Shown: piece by piece, positions 18,887 to 28,898 of the stretch | Numbering within the stretch: position 1 is the stretch's first letter | How the letters are laid out: each line of letters begins with the position of its first letter | Origin: Bryobacterales bacterium | Lineage (GTDB): Bacteria > Acidobacteriota > Terriglobia > Bryobacterales > UBA6623 | Assembly (NCBI GenBank): GCA_028819575.1 | Contig: JAPPLB010000150.1 | Coordinates: 8,683-72,682 of the forward strand | Length of the DNA: 64,000 bases | Direction of reading: 5' to 3' | The notes under the pieces: model-generated | The model's input: only the letters and a program-made list of their open reading frames with translations | Database searches by the model: none | What the model was told of the DNA's origin: nothing | Program-made: the position numbers and the translations under genes

Positions 18887-20360
18887 AGCCGAGCTAGGGT
18901 TAGAACGCGCGGCGCATCTGGATGAGTGCGAGGCGTGCCGGACTGCTCTCGTCGAACTGGTCGAGTTGCTTGACGGCGCCGAGCAGGAGTTGCGCTGTAC
19001 CGTCCCAGCGGATACCGCTGCGGAGCGTGCGGCCGCCTGGGACGCCATCGAGCAGCGTATCAGCAAGCCCGCGACGGTACTTGCCTTCCCGGCGCGCTGG
19101 GCGGCGGCTTATGGTGTAGCCGCCGTGTTGGGCTTTGCCGTTTTCAGCGGAATTACGGAAATGGATCTCTTCGGGCCGAGCCCGGTGGCCGATCCGGTTA
19201 CGAGCGCCGAGGCGACGCTTCCTGAACCACCGGCTTTGGAGCCTGCCGCGCCGGAGCCCGTTCAGCAAGAGCGGGTATCGATAGAGTCTCCTGCCGCGGC
19301 CGAATCGGAGCAAACGGAAACCGTTGCCGCCGTTGCCGCTGCGTCAGATCCTGTCATCTCTGAAAAAAAGACATTGGAGCGTTACGCGGGCGAGCCATCC
19401 GCGCCGGATGCTGTCCCGGCTGGCGCAGTGTCGTTCCTGGAACCTCCCGAGATTGCTGCTGCCCGATCGACGATGGCCTCGTTGCTGTTGCCGACGACCG
19501 CTCGATTGATCGAGCCGATTGTCGAACCCGGGATGATCGAGCAGCCTCTGTTGACTTTGGCCGCCGCCAAGGAAGTCATCGAAGGTCACTGGATTCTCCA
19601 CCGCGCCAAAGTCTGGCGTGAGGACATCGCGCCCGTCTGGACGAATAACGGACTGGCGTTCGTAGGCACTGTGGACAACGAACAAGTCCGCGACAAAGTC
19701 GCCGCTGTGGTTCGCTCGGCGCAGAAGGGCCGCGAAGTCCCGCTGGAGTTGCGGTTGCGACCCGTCTCCCCGGATTCGGACCGTTCATCCGCTTCGACTT
19801 CACTGGAGCGAGGCATTGCCGGCGGCGTTGTCCGGACAGCTCTTCTGGCCCATTACCGTGACGTGGCTCGCCGGTCGTTCGCGTCTACCGAGCCGTCGGA
19901 ACTGGAAGGCGAACTTGACCGGTTCATGAACAGCGTTTTCGAGAATCAGTCGAACCTGCTCGCTCACCTCTATCAGTTGAACGCGCTGGTGAGTGACGTG
20001 CCGGAGGAATTGGTTCCGGATGTGGCCTCTTCCAGCCGTTTCGTCGAATTGGCGGTAACCCATACCAACGCCGCTCGGCAGCACCAGGCTCGGATCTACG
20101 ACCTGTTGTCCGAGTCGCTGCCACGCAAGTACTGGAGCTACAAAACCAAGGATGGCGACGTTCCATTCAAGGGTCTTCATGGTGAAGCAAAAGCGTTGTT
20201 GCAAGATGCTCTGGAACTCGACGCTACTCTCACCGCCTTGCTGAGCACTCCTCAGCATCTGCTGGATGCCGGTGACGCGAACGTTTCCTGCGGAGAAGCG
20301 CTGAGCCGCATTCGCACTCGTCTGAGTCGCATCAAAGCCGATACCGCTAAACTACGGTAG
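18840..20360 (+). CDS. ZAS-type anti-sigma factor, single-pass membrane protein with a large periplasmic domain
   Basis: Hx3Cx2C motif (HLDECEAC) and one TM helix (WAAAYGVAAVLGFAVFSGI). Follows the ECF sigma gene. The 47-nt overlap makes the start uncertain. Confidence 0.7.
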   Translation: MRIRHLSTEELLLRCEAELGLERAAHLDECEACRTALVELVELLDGAEQELRCTVPADTAAERAAAWDAIEQRISKPATVLAFPARWAAAYGVAAVLGFAVFSGITEMDLFGPSPVADPVTSAEATLPEPPALEPAAPEPVQQERVSIESPAAAESEQTETVAAVAAASDPVISEKKTLERYAGEPSAPDAVPAGAVSFLEPPEIAAARSTMASLLLPTTARLIEPIVEPGMIEQPLLTLAAAKEVIEGHWILHRAKVWREDIAPVWTNNGLAFVGTVDNEQVRDKVAAVVRSAQKGREVPLELRLRPVSPDSDRSSASTSLERGIAGGVVRTALLAHYRDVARRSFASTEPSELEGELDRFMNSVFENQSNLLAHLYQLNALVSDVPEELVPDVASSSRFVELAVTHTNAARQHQARIYDLLSESLPRKYWSYKTKDGDVPFKGLHGEAKALLQDALELDATLTALLSTPQHLLDAGDANVSCGEALSRIRTRLSRIKADTAKLR

Positions 20361-20366
20361 GCGGCT

Positions 20367-23300
20367 ATGTCCTACCGGGTCGGTATTGTCGCAGGTGTAG
20401 TGGCGTGCCTGCTCGGGACGGTTGCCCATGCCGTTGATCCCTGCGTGATTCGCGGTAACGTAATCACGTCGGGCTCGGAGCCTCTTCCGGGCACGCAGGT
20501 TGAACTGATCGACTTTTCCACCGGAAAGGTCATCGTCACCCATACGGACTCGCAAGGACGCTTTGCATTCGAGGGTTTGGCGACCGGCCGCTACTCCGTT
20601 TCTTTTTCGCTCGAGCAATATGCGACCCAAAGGATCGGGCCCTACGAGTTGCTGCCCGGCATCCCGCTCGAGCTTTTGGTGCAACTGCAGAGTCTGGCCC
20701 CGCCTTTGACGCGGGCGAAGGCCGGCCTGGAAGGCATCGCACTTGAGTACGGACTCGTTCGCGAGCAGATCGAGGGTTTGCCGGTTCTGGTCGGCAGCGA
20801 AGGCCGTACGTCGGTCGACAAGCTGTTGTTGATGGTTCCGGGCATGAGTCCGACGACTTCGCTTGAGGTCGATCCTTTCTCGGGACGCGGCGCAGCGGTC
20901 TCAGCCAACGGTTCACGACGTTCGGCGATCAACTACCAGTTCGATGGCGCGCTGAACAATTCGCAGAATCGCATCACTGGCGCGCAAGCCGCGACCTTCG
21001 GGCCCATACCGGAAGCCGTCGAGTCTTTTCGTGTCGTGACGCACACCTATTCGGCGGCTGACGGTCGTAACGCAGGCGCGATCGTGGCCCCGCTGTCGCG
21101 GCGCGGCGATAACAATTGGCACGGATCGCTACGAAGCTTCTGGCGCCCTGGCATGAACGATGCCCTGGAGTCGTTCGACGGCTCGACGGATTCCATCAAT
21201 GGATGGACCGGAGGTGGACAGATCGGTGGGCCGCTATGGCGCAAGCGTGGACTCTTCTTTCTGTTGGACGCCGAAGGCTGGGGCACGCAGCGTGAGCATC
21301 TTGAAATCTCGAACGTCTTGAGCGAAGCAGAGCGCTCGGGAGACTTTTCGGCCGTTCCCGCCTTTGACCGACCCATCGATCCTGATACGCTCCAGCCCTA
21401 TCCCAATGCGCAGTTGCCCACGACCACCTTCGATCCGTTAATGGCCAAATATCTCGACACCTTTGTGCCGAGGGCCAACGTCGATACAAACCTGCATCGG
21501 CAACAGAGCACGCTTGACAGCAGCGGCGAGATGCTGCTTGGCCGGTTGGATTACCGGCGCCGACAGTGGTTGATGAGCTGGAGTCACCACACCTTCCGGA
21601 ATACCGTGCGGGACCCGCTGTCGGAGGTGCTGCTCACCGTGCCCGGGGTAGCCGAACAGCGGCGCCAGCTTTCCAACAACTCTCAAATCTCCATCACATA
21701 TTCGCCGACAGCCAACTTCACACACTCGACCGGCATAGCCGGACAGCGTCTGGCGATTGGCCGCTGGCAAGGACTCCTGGACTTTCGTGATGTGTCGGCC
21801 GAGAGTGTCGGATTCAATTTCCGGAGCTTCGGTACTGACCCCGGAACGATCCCCGACGTTACGCTTTTGACCAACGCAGGCGCGGAGAAACTGCGCATTA
21901 CACCGTTCTTGTTCAGTGAGGGTTCAGCGCAGACGACGCTTCAGCTTCGCGAAGACGTCAACTATCGCCGCGAGCGCGTGGGCTTGCGCGCAGGCGTGTC
22001 CTATCAGCGCGGCGTCTGGCCGTTTTCCAACACCGAGAACCATGCCGGCAGCTTCACGTTTGGAACCCCTGCTACCGGGGGGACGCGCAACAGCGTGGCG
22101 AACCTGCTCAGCGGCGTCCCAAGTGGCTACCGTTTGCAGACGCCGCGAAGCTTGAATCTTCACTGGACCGAGTGGGCCTACTACGGCGAGGCCGTGTTGC
22201 GGCCGTTTCGTGGTGCGCAAATCACTCTCGGCTTGCGGTACGAGTCGCAGCCGCCGGCGGTCGACCGGCTGGATCGCGTGGCGGCTTTTCGCGAGGAAGT
22301 GGAATCGCAGCGTTTTCCCGACACCTTGTCGAACCTCATCTTCCCCGGCGATCCCGATGGCGACCTCGGGCCGTTGCCACGCTCAACGGTCGAGACGGAT
22401 GGCAAGCACTTCGTTCCACGCGTTGGCCTCAGCTATTCTCCGGTATCGGACAACCGGGTCTCGCGTTGGATCTTCGGCGAGTCCGGACGCTCGGTTTTCC
22501 GTGCTTCCTACGGCGTCTTCTACGATTTCGGGACGTTCGCCGGATCAAGCGCCGCGGCGCTGTTTCAGGCCACCTATCCGCCGTTCAGCACCGATAACCG
22601 TTTCGACTTCACGCCGTTCTCCGGCACCCAAGGGAGTTTCGAAGCGCCGCTGTCGAAGATTCCGGTGCTCGATCCGAATGCGATTCGCAGTCAGTATGTG
22701 ACGTATCCCATCCGGGTGTTTGATCGCAATTTCGACAACGCCTTTGCCCGGCATTGGACCATCGGTTGGCAGCGCCTGCTGCCCGGGCGCGTGCTGGTTA
22801 GTGGGGTTTACCTGGGTACACGGAGCGAACAATTACAGCGGCAGCGTGAGTTGAACGTCTTCAGGCGCAATCCTCTCCTGCCGTTCAGCTTCATCAGCGG
22901 CATGCGCCGGTACTCGCTGTACACGGATATCCGGCAATTCGAGAGCACAGGCACGAGTCTTTACCACGCGGCTCAAATTCGTGCGACGCGGTACCTGAAC
23001 CGGGGCCTGGCCTTCGACGTGAGCTACAACTGGTCCCGCGCGCACGACGACGGCAGCACCACGTTTGGAGATGAGTTGAATACGGAGCCCTGGGCTCTGT
23101 CCAACTTTGATCGCCGCAACACGTTTACGGCTACCTGGTTCTATCAGCTTGGCTTGGCGCCGGGCCTGCGAAACCGCGCGGCTTGGCTTGACGGATGGAT
23201 GATCAGCGGCACTTGGCGATATCGCTCCGGGTTGCCCCTCGATATCCGGCAAACGCAGGACCCGACGTTCAGTTTCGAGCACGTCGGGCGACCGGATCTG

Positions 23301-23681
23301 GTAGGTGAATTCCGGCGGCTCGATCCCGGCGAGAATCGGACTTTCACTTTATCCGACGGGCGCAAGATCACCGGTCGATTCGCTTTCGACCCGACGGCGT
23401 TTCAACGTGTCGGGCCCACCGATTTTGACGAGTTGCGGCCGGGTAACGTCGGACGGAACCAGTTCACCACCGGTGGCTTTCAGCAGTGGGACATGCGTGT
23501 CGCCAAGGCGGTCAGCTTGAACGAAGCTCTGTCCGCGAACGTCGGCCTCGACTTCATCAACCTCTTCAACAATAAAAACTGGGACCTGCCGTTCAACAAT
23601 ATCGACCATCCGTTCTTCGGTGTCGTGCGAACGGAAGGGCTTGATCGCACGCTTCAGTTGAGCGTTCGGCTTCAGTTCTAG
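20367..23681 (+). CDS. TonB-dependent-receptor-like outer-membrane protein with N-terminal carboxypeptidase-regulatory-like domain
   Basis: Signal peptide. CarboxypepD_reg segment (IRGNVITSGSEPLPGTQVELID...GRFAFEGLATGRYSVS). About 1000 aa of barrel ending in the OMP signal ...LSVRLQF. Confidence 0.85.
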   Translation: MSYRVGIVAGVVACLLGTVAHAVDPCVIRGNVITSGSEPLPGTQVELIDFSTGKVIVTHTDSQGRFAFEGLATGRYSVSFSLEQYATQRIGPYELLPGIPLELLVQLQSLAPPLTRAKAGLEGIALEYGLVREQIEGLPVLVGSEGRTSVDKLLLMVPGMSPTTSLEVDPFSGRGAAVSANGSRRSAINYQFDGALNNSQNRITGAQAATFGPIPEAVESFRVVTHTYSAADGRNAGAIVAPLSRRGDNNWHGSLRSFWRPGMNDALESFDGSTDSINGWTGGGQIGGPLWRKRGLFFLLDAEGWGTQREHLEISNVLSEAERSGDFSAVPAFDRPIDPDTLQPYPNAQLPTTTFDPLMAKYLDTFVPRANVDTNLHRQQSTLDSSGEMLLGRLDYRRRQWLMSWSHHTFRNTVRDPLSEVLLTVPGVAEQRRQLSNNSQISITYSPTANFTHSTGIAGQRLAIGRWQGLLDFRDVSAESVGFNFRSFGTDPGTIPDVTLLTNAGAEKLRITPFLFSEGSAQTTLQLREDVNYRRERVGLRAGVSYQRGVWPFSNTENHAGSFTFGTPATGGTRNSVANLLSGVPSGYRLQTPRSLNLHWTEWAYYGEAVLRPFRGAQITLGLRYESQPPAVDRLDRVAAFREEVESQRFPDTLSNLIFPGDPDGDLGPLPRSTVETDGKHFVPRVGLSYSPVSDNRVSRWIFGESGRSVFRASYGVFYDFGTFAGSSAAALFQATYPPFSTDNRFDFTPFSGTQGSFEAPLSKIPVLDPNAIRSQYVTYPIRVFDRNFDNAFARHWTIGWQRLLPGRVLVSGVYLGTRSEQLQRQRELNVFRRNPLLPFSFISGMRRYSLYTDIRQFESTGTSLYHAAQIRATRYLNRGLAFDVSYNWSRAHDDGSTTFGDELNTEPWALSNFDRRNTFTATWFYQLGLAPGLRNRAAWLDGWMISGTWRYRSGLPLDIRQTQDPTFSFEHVGRPDLVGEFRRLDPGENRTFTLSDGRKITGRFAFDPTAFQRVGPTDFDELRPGNVGRNQFTTGGFQQWDMRVAKAVSLNEALSANVGLDFINLFNNKNWDLPFNNIDHPFFGVVRTEGLDRTLQLSVRLQF

Positions 23682-23934
23682 AAGGACGAGTCGAGACAGG
23701 CGGACTTTGCCGTCGGGGTCGATGGAGTAAGCCTCCTCGATTCAAGGAACTTGCTGTCACGCTCTTTGCGCTGCCGGTCTACCGTGTCGCGAACGGTTCG
23801 GGGCGACGGGGGCGTGTGGACGTTTGCTCTGTCGTTCGCCGCGGTTCACCGACCCGCATCGCCGTCCTGTTCATTCCGCGCCGAGCGATTGTAGAGTCCT
23901 TCCGCACCTTCCAGATGACTTTCACCATGTACTA

Positions 23935-25158
23935 CTAACGGACCGCCATCACCTGGACTTGTTCGAGTTGGCTTTGGATCACCTGGAGCGTGGTCCGTAC
24001 CGGCGGGTTGTTGGGGAAGTACTCTTTGAACACCGCATTCATCTCGTCCATGTCGGCCATGTCTTTGAGATAGACGTGGGCGTCGACCACGTGCTCCATA
24101 TCCATCCCGGCAAGGTTCAACGTATCCCGGATCTTCTCCAGCGAGTCGCGCATCTGCTCCGCTACCGTTTCTCCTGCACCCGACTTGCCGGACGTCCAAA
24201 GCGTATCTCCCGCGAGGACACCGCCTCCGGATGAGGTCGGGCTGGTTCTCATATACCCGGGAACGACTCGGCCCTTGTTGCCCGAATCACGGGTAGCGAC
24301 GAAGGTGATCTCGGTCGAGATCGTCCCCGGCAGTCTCGAAACACAGAAGCTGGCCCGGCTCGACGCGCTGCCGATCGTGAAAAAGTTCTTGTAAACGGAG
24401 TTCAACCTGCCGTAAACGGGCCCGCGATTGCCTTCGGGATCGAGGAAGTAGACGTTCACAAAGACGGCGTCTTCGTGGTCGAGTCCGGCGGCGTTGAGGA
24501 TTGCGCCGATGTTCTTCATCGTCTGTTCGGTCTGGCCCTCGATCGTGGGATCGATTTCGTTTGTCTGCGGATGACGGCCTCCGCTGCCGGAAACGTACAG
24601 CATGTCTCCGGCCCAAACACCGGGCCGATACGGCCCCATGGCGGCCGGGATCGAGCCCTCGGGAGGAATGACGATCGAGATCTTCGACTTGTCGGCGTAG
24701 GCGATGCAGGTGACTTCGAGATTGGCATTGCCGGGCAGGCCGGGAAATTCGAGCGTCGTTCGAGCCGGAAAGTGCTCGGGGCCGAAGTAGCTGCCGTAAA
24801 CTTCGTTCATGTCCTTGTAGTTGTCCATGTCGGCGAGTTGGACATGGCAAGTAACGACGTTCGAGAAGTCCATGCCGGCCGCTCGCAGGACATGTCCCAT
24901 GTTGTCCATCGCCATACGGGTCTGGTCGGCAATGCCATCGGGCTGGTCGCCGGTCTTCGGGTCTCTGTCGATCTGGCCGGAAATGTAAAGGTAGTCATCG
25001 ACCAGGATGCCGGGCGTATACGGTTTGCCGGCCGCGAATTCGTCCGGGTAGATGAACTGCCTCTCGACCTTGTAGTGATGCTCGCCGATCAGAATGCCCG
25101 CCAAGGGCGAGAGGAGCGAGAGGAAACCGATCAGACAAACAGTGGATTTCAATTTCAT
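23935..25158 (-). CDS. exported protein made of three tandem RidA/YjgF/L-PSP domains
   Basis: Signal peptide MKLKSTVCLIGFLSLLSPLAG. Three RidA-like units of roughly 120 aa, each with a YxSGQ/SG motif and a conserved Arg (PARTT, SSRAS, PVRTT). Confidence 0.85.
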   Translation of the reverse strand: MKLKSTVCLIGFLSLLSPLAGILIGEHHYKVERQFIYPDEFAAGKPYTPGILVDDYLYISGQIDRDPKTGDQPDGIADQTRMAMDNMGHVLRAAGMDFSNVVTCHVQLADMDNYKDMNEVYGSYFGPEHFPARTTLEFPGLPGNANLEVTCIAYADKSKISIVIPPEGSIPAAMGPYRPGVWAGDMLYVSGSGGRHPQTNEIDPTIEGQTEQTMKNIGAILNAAGLDHEDAVFVNVYFLDPEGNRGPVYGRLNSVYKNFFTIGSASSRASFCVSRLPGTISTEITFVATRDSGNKGRVVPGYMRTSPTSSGGGVLAGDTLWTSGKSGAGETVAEQMRDSLEKIRDTLNLAGMDMEHVVDAHVYLKDMADMDEMNAVFKEYFPNNPPVRTTLQVIQSQLEQVQVMAVR

Positions 25159-25176
25159 GGGTGTTCTCCTTGGCTC

Positions 25177-26418
25177 CTATCGGACGGCAATCATGGAGAT
25201 TTCTTCGAGCACTTTCTCGCGAGGCCCCTCCTGCATTACCTGTACAGTAGTGCGCACGGGCTGGTTGGAAGGGAAGTACTCTCGGAAGATCTCCGTCATC
25301 TTGGGCATGTCGTCGAGATTCTTCAGGTAGACGTTGGTGCTGACCACGTTTTCAAGACCCATACCGGCGATTTTGAGAATCCGCAGTCTGGATTCGATCG
25401 ACGCGCGGAACTGCGACTCGATGTCGTCCCCTGCGCCCGGAGCGGATTTCGCCGAGAGATACATCGTGTTGCCGTCGATCGTCGCCGGGACGGCCGTGTG
25501 CGAGGGCCGGCGCCCATGTGGGTAGACGCGGCCTTTTTTTCGCATGTTGCGCGTCGCAATGAAGGTGATCTCGACACTGATGGTTCCGGGAAGCCGCGAC
25601 AAGCAGAAGCTCGCCCTGGCCGAAGGCCGCCCGAGGTCGAAGTACTCGCTGTAAACCGAGTTCAGCTTGCCGTAGTTCTCGGGTCCCAGGTAGTAAGGAT
25701 TCACCATCACCGTGTTTTCGTAGTCAAGGCCGGCGGCCTTGAGAATCTCGCCGACCGTGTCGAGTGTCTGCTTCGTCTGCCCTTCGATCGTCGGGTCGAT
25801 CTCGTTCGTCTGCGGATTGCGGCCTCCTTGTCCGGACAGGTAGAGCGTATCGCCGGCCCACACGGCGGGCGAGTAGGGGCCCATCGCGGCGGGCGTTTTG
25901 CCCTCCTCGGGGCGGACGACTTCGATTTTCGACTTGTCGCCATAGGCGATGCAGGTGATCTCGAGGCGCGAGTCCGAGGGCAAGGCGGGGAACTCCAGCG
26001 TCGTCCGAGCGGGGTAGCGTCCGGACGTGTAGTAGCTGCCGTAGACCTTGTTCATGCCCTGGTAATCATCCATGTCGTCAAGCTGCACGTGGCACGTCAC
26101 GACGTTGTCGTAGTCCATGTCCGCGTCGCGCAGCACGTAGCCCATGTTCTTCATCGCCATGTGGGTCTGCTCTTCGATCGTTGAGGGCTGCTCGCGCGTC
26201 TGAGGATCAAGACTGACTTGACCGGCGATATAGAGTGTCTCGCCGACGAGGACGCCGGGGCTGTACGGCTTGCCGGGCGGGAACTCTTGGGGGTAAATGA
26301 ACTTGCGTTCGACCTTGAAGGACGGGCCTTCTGCTTCCGGCGCCTCAGGTGCGCAGCCCAAGGCCAGAGCCGTCAAGACAACAATGACAATCGAATGCAG
26401 TTTCACTCGCTCCTCCAA
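25177..26418 (-). CDS. lipoprotein made of three tandem RidA/YjgF/L-PSP domains (paralog of 23935-25158)
   Basis: Lipobox LTALALGC. Same three-unit layout (PARTT, SARAS, PVRTT). High identity to the neighbouring gene. Confidence 0.85.
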   Translation of the reverse strand: MEERVKLHSIVIVVLTALALGCAPEAPEAEGPSFKVERKFIYPQEFPPGKPYSPGVLVGETLYIAGQVSLDPQTREQPSTIEEQTHMAMKNMGYVLRDADMDYDNVVTCHVQLDDMDDYQGMNKVYGSYYTSGRYPARTTLEFPALPSDSRLEITCIAYGDKSKIEVVRPEEGKTPAAMGPYSPAVWAGDTLYLSGQGGRNPQTNEIDPTIEGQTKQTLDTVGEILKAAGLDYENTVMVNPYYLGPENYGKLNSVYSEYFDLGRPSARASFCLSRLPGTISVEITFIATRNMRKKGRVYPHGRRPSHTAVPATIDGNTMYLSAKSAPGAGDDIESQFRASIESRLRILKIAGMGLENVVSTNVYLKNLDDMPKMTEIFREYFPSNQPVRTTVQVMQEGPREKVLEEISMIAVR

Positions 26419-26575
26419 CTCGCTCCAATCGACCCGAATAGGTTAGCAGCTATGGCGGATGATCTCAAAAGCTTGAAAGGAGTGAACTCGTCGGCAGTCG
26501 AACGAGGGCTCTCGGGAAGCGGCTGCCGGCGCTGCTGATTGGACGCGTGGAACTGGTCTCGTGGGCGAATGGCTC

Positions 26576-26956
26576 CTACCAGCCCGTCCTGGGCCCCGGA
26601 TACGGACCCACCTGCCGGATCCGAGGAAACGTCTCCACCGTTCCTCCCGCTTCAATCACTTCCAAACACTCCCGAGCCGACCGCTCAATCGCCTGCGTAT
26701 CCACTCCGTCCCACTCCGGCAGATAGCCTTGAATCTTCTTCAGCCCTTTGCGAAGCTGCCTCGTCGCCCCGACAACGTTCCGGTTGCGGTGGTGATAGAA
26801 GCCGACCGCGAAATGAATCAGGCTTTGCAGGAACCAGCGGTCGGGCTGTTTCGTGGGCGTCCAGACCTCTTCCAGCACTTCATGACAGTCGTAGAACTCG
26901 CCTCCGTTAAACAGGTCGATGCCCTTTTGGAACAGGAGTTTGGGATCGGACTGCAT
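26576..26956 (-). CDS. DUF309 domain protein
   Basis: FNGGEFYDCHEVLEEVW...LQSLIHFAVGFYH is the DUF309 signature. The start is placed at the ATG at 26956 (MQSDPKLL). Confidence 0.8.
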   Translation of the reverse strand: MQSDPKLLFQKGIDLFNGGEFYDCHEVLEEVWTPTKQPDRWFLQSLIHFAVGFYHHRNRNVVGATRQLRKGLKKIQGYLPEWDGVDTQAIERSARECLEVIEAGGTVETFPRIRQVGPYPGPRTGW

Positions 26957-27182
26957 GTTAAAAGTCCGTGTTGAAACCCCGCGTAGCACCGAGAGCGGCC
27001 CGCATAGCACCGCTAATGGCGCTGTGCCCGGCTGACAAGGCGCGACCATGGAGCATATTGGACATATTCGACCGAGAAGCAACGCAGTTCAGCCGGGATG
27101 TATCGCCGCTTGAATGTAGAGGGGTTTTTGCCACGGGCTGCTAAACTCAACAGTTTATTTCACGGGCCCTTCCGAGTCCTGA

Positions 27183-27812
27183 GTGCCGTTCAACACCGAG
27201 CGAAAAGAGCTGGAGCAAGCCCGCCGCGAGGACGGGCGCTTGCCGCCGGGCCAGTCTCTCACTCTCAAGTGGCCGGTCCTTCACGAGGGTCCCGTCCCCC
27301 CGTTCGACCCCGAGAGGTGGCGCTTCTGGGTGAGCGGCCTCGTCGAGAATCCCTTCGAACTGGCCTGGCATGAGTTCCAGCAGCTTCCCCGAACGACGGT
27401 CACCGCTGATTTCCACTGCGTCACCACCTGGAGCAAGTTCGACAACCGCTGGACGGGAGTGCCGTTTTCTGTTATCGCCACGAAGGCCGCGCCGAAACGG
27501 GAAGCAAAATTCGTTATGGTCAAGGCCGAGGGCGGTTACAGCACGAACGTCTCATTGACGGATTTGATGCGGGACAACGTGCTCTTCGCCGACCAGCATG
27601 AGCCCGAGCCTCTCACGCCGGAACATGGCGGACCGCTGCGCCTGGTCGTCCCACATCTCTATGCCTGGAAAAGCGCCAAGTGGGTAAGAGGGTTGGAGTT
27701 CATTGCCGAGGATCGCCCCGGCTTCTGGGAACAGGTCGGCTATCACATGAACGGCGATCCGTTCAAGGAACAGCGCTACCGGGAATCGAATAGACGGCGG
27801 AAGGTCCTATAA
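27183..27812 (+). CDS. sulfite-oxidase-like molybdopterin oxidoreductase (small YedY/SUOX-fold family)
   Basis: ...FHCVTTWSKFDNRWTGVPF... and ...GGPLRLVVPHLYAWKSAKWV... are typical of the Mo-co binding oxidoreductase domain. GTG start. Confidence 0.8.
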   Translation: MPFNTERKELEQARREDGRLPPGQSLTLKWPVLHEGPVPPFDPERWRFWVSGLVENPFELAWHEFQQLPRTTVTADFHCVTTWSKFDNRWTGVPFSVIATKAAPKREAKFVMVKAEGGYSTNVSLTDLMRDNVLFADQHEPEPLTPEHGGPLRLVVPHLYAWKSAKWVRGLEFIAEDRPGFWEQVGYHMNGDPFKEQRYRESNRRRKVL

Positions 27813-27837
27813 CTCATACTGCCAAACTTTCAAGAGC

Positions 27838-28248
27838 ATGTCCTGGCTAGGCCGCTTGTTCAAGAAAGACATCAAGGCGCCCCTGCGAGGAGCGCGGCCC
27901 GTCCGCCGCGAAAAGACCTATTCGGCGGACACAGGCTATGTCTACCAGTACTTCTACGAGGGTTACCGCGAGTTGACACAGGCCGGCGAATCCGGCTTCG
28001 AGCATGTCTTCAGCGTGACGTCGGATCGCATTTCACGTTTCCCGATCAACATCTTTCTGTCCCACCAGGTCATCGAGGCCTGGCAAGCCGGCAATGATCG
28101 CGAACTGAGCGCGACCGAGCAATATGCCATCGTCAAGATGACGTTGTTTGCATTGTTTGACGATCGAACCGACTTCGACGGCTCCGAGCGGAACTTCGAT
28201 GTCAGTCTCGAGAATGTCGAAGAGCACGCTGAAACTCTGGATCTGTAG
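27838..28248 (+). CDS. hypothetical protein
   Basis: Clean GC3-rich ORF of 136 aa. No motif recognised. Confidence 0.6.
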   Translation: MSWLGRLFKKDIKAPLRGARPVRREKTYSADTGYVYQYFYEGYRELTQAGESGFEHVFSVTSDRISRFPINIFLSHQVIEAWQAGNDRELSATEQYAIVKMTLFALFDDRTDFDGSERNFDVSLENVEEHAETLDL

Positions 28249-28898
28249 CGGCGCTGCCTGAACGCCGTTCCTTGAAAGCGGAGTTCCTCCGAGGAATTCA
28301 GCGAAGCCGATGATGCGATTCGAGAACACGGAGTTTCGATACGGATCGGATCGATGACCGCTTCCCGCATCCTGTGGGAGTGCCTGGAGCCGCATCATAT
28401 GCAAGTCCGCAGCGGAATCATTTCTTCCGGCAGGGTCGTTATTCCGGCGCGGGTCTGGAGCAGCCCGCATGGTGAGTGCCTCCTCTGATGCGGAGAAGCA
28501 GGTGGCTGAAAAATGCAAGGTCGGGAGTCTCTGCAACGAAGATGGAGGTCCGCTCGCCTCGCCGCTTATAGTCTTGTCCGGAACCTTTTCCCCTAAAAGA
28601 ACACTGCTTCGTTATCTGGCAGGAGTGGACGGCGGTTCATGGGGGCCAAATGTACGATTTCATACAAGCATTAACTCGTCGATCAACCCGCCTTGGTGCC
28701 CCGCGAAAGTGGCCTCGCGACCGTCAATAGCGCGATTTGCGGGTTATTTATGGTTTCTAGTGCTCCGCCGCTCCGACCTTGCAACCTTTATCGTGTTGGT
28801 GACGTCGTACTGCACTACCGTGGGCCTGTGTCAGAGGGGTTTTCCGTGTTAGCCTTACTTACAGTTCCAGACTGAGTGCCCCTGATGTAGGTATGCTC

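Noticed and set aside
28033-28536. Minus-strand ORF with a good SD (AGAGGAGG-N9-ATG at 28470).
   Set aside because: It runs 215 nt antisense into the well-formed GC3-rich gene 27838-28248. It has no recognisable motif and its composition is unlike neighbouring genes. A short peptide from 28470 cannot be excluded.
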